A DNA stretch of 64,000 nucleotides from Felis catus (taxonomy: Eukaryota), in assembly GCF_018350175.1 (NCBI RefSeq), contig NC_058368.1, positions 44,580,001-44,644,000 on the forward strand, read 5' to 3'. The notes below the pieces were generated by a model. That model did no database searches. It saw only the letters and a program-made list of their open reading frames with translations, and had not been told where the DNA came from. Made by a program: the position numbers and the translations under genes. Shown piece after piece: positions 63,704-64,000 of the stretch; positions within the stretch are counted from its first letter, which is position 1; every line of letters begins with the position of its first letter.

Positions 63704-64000
63704 TGTTCCTGAAGGTCAGAGAACTAAGAACCAAGAACCAAGAAGGTGTTGGACCCAACAATAACCATAGAAGGAGAGAAACAAGGGTGGACCCAAAAGT
63801 CAAAGGTACAGGCAAAGCTTTCTTGGGGCTACAGCCGGAGCTGAAGGGAGACACAGCGCTAACAGAGAGGAGTTAGGTGGGCCTCCTCAACAAAGGGGAG
63901 GTCCTGTGTATTTAGAGAAAGTTCTTGCTCAGGGTCCCACCCTGGTCCAATATGCTAATAAGGGAAAGAAAAAAAAATGCCTCCTCCTGATTGGTTGGAA
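63704..64000 (-). mobile_element. Probable LTR fragment running off the window end
   Basis: Compositional shift and antisense CCAAT box (CTGATTGG ~63987); family not recognised. Confidence 0.45.

Overview
AT-rich, repeat-dominated felid (cat-like) genomic DNA; the lineage is inferred from felid-type Can-SINEs and an L1_Fc-type 3' end. No intact host protein-coding exon could be supported. The window opens in the 3' half of a young, internally deleted gammaretroviral ERV (gag end with readthrough UAG, pro-pol with a large in-frame deletion, 87-aa env stub, 3' LTR with 3x49-bp repeats). It also holds an AP1S1 processed pseudogene, a MER21/ERVL-type provirus with nested LTRs, further ERVL/MaLR relics, L1/L2/MIR fragments, over 20 Can-SINEs and microsatellites. 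The most notable observation is a heavily decayed, non-repetitive stretch (~34750-36770, resuming ~41300-41860 after an old L1 block). Its manual translation shows motifs resembling a negative-strand RNA virus glycoprotein, matrix protein and L polymerase in the order G-M-L, i.e. a candidate ancient endogenous bornavirus-like element. That call rests on by-eye alignment to remembered sequences and needs a tBLASTn/HMM test. Repeat subfamily names are from memory and boundaries of old repeats are approximate.
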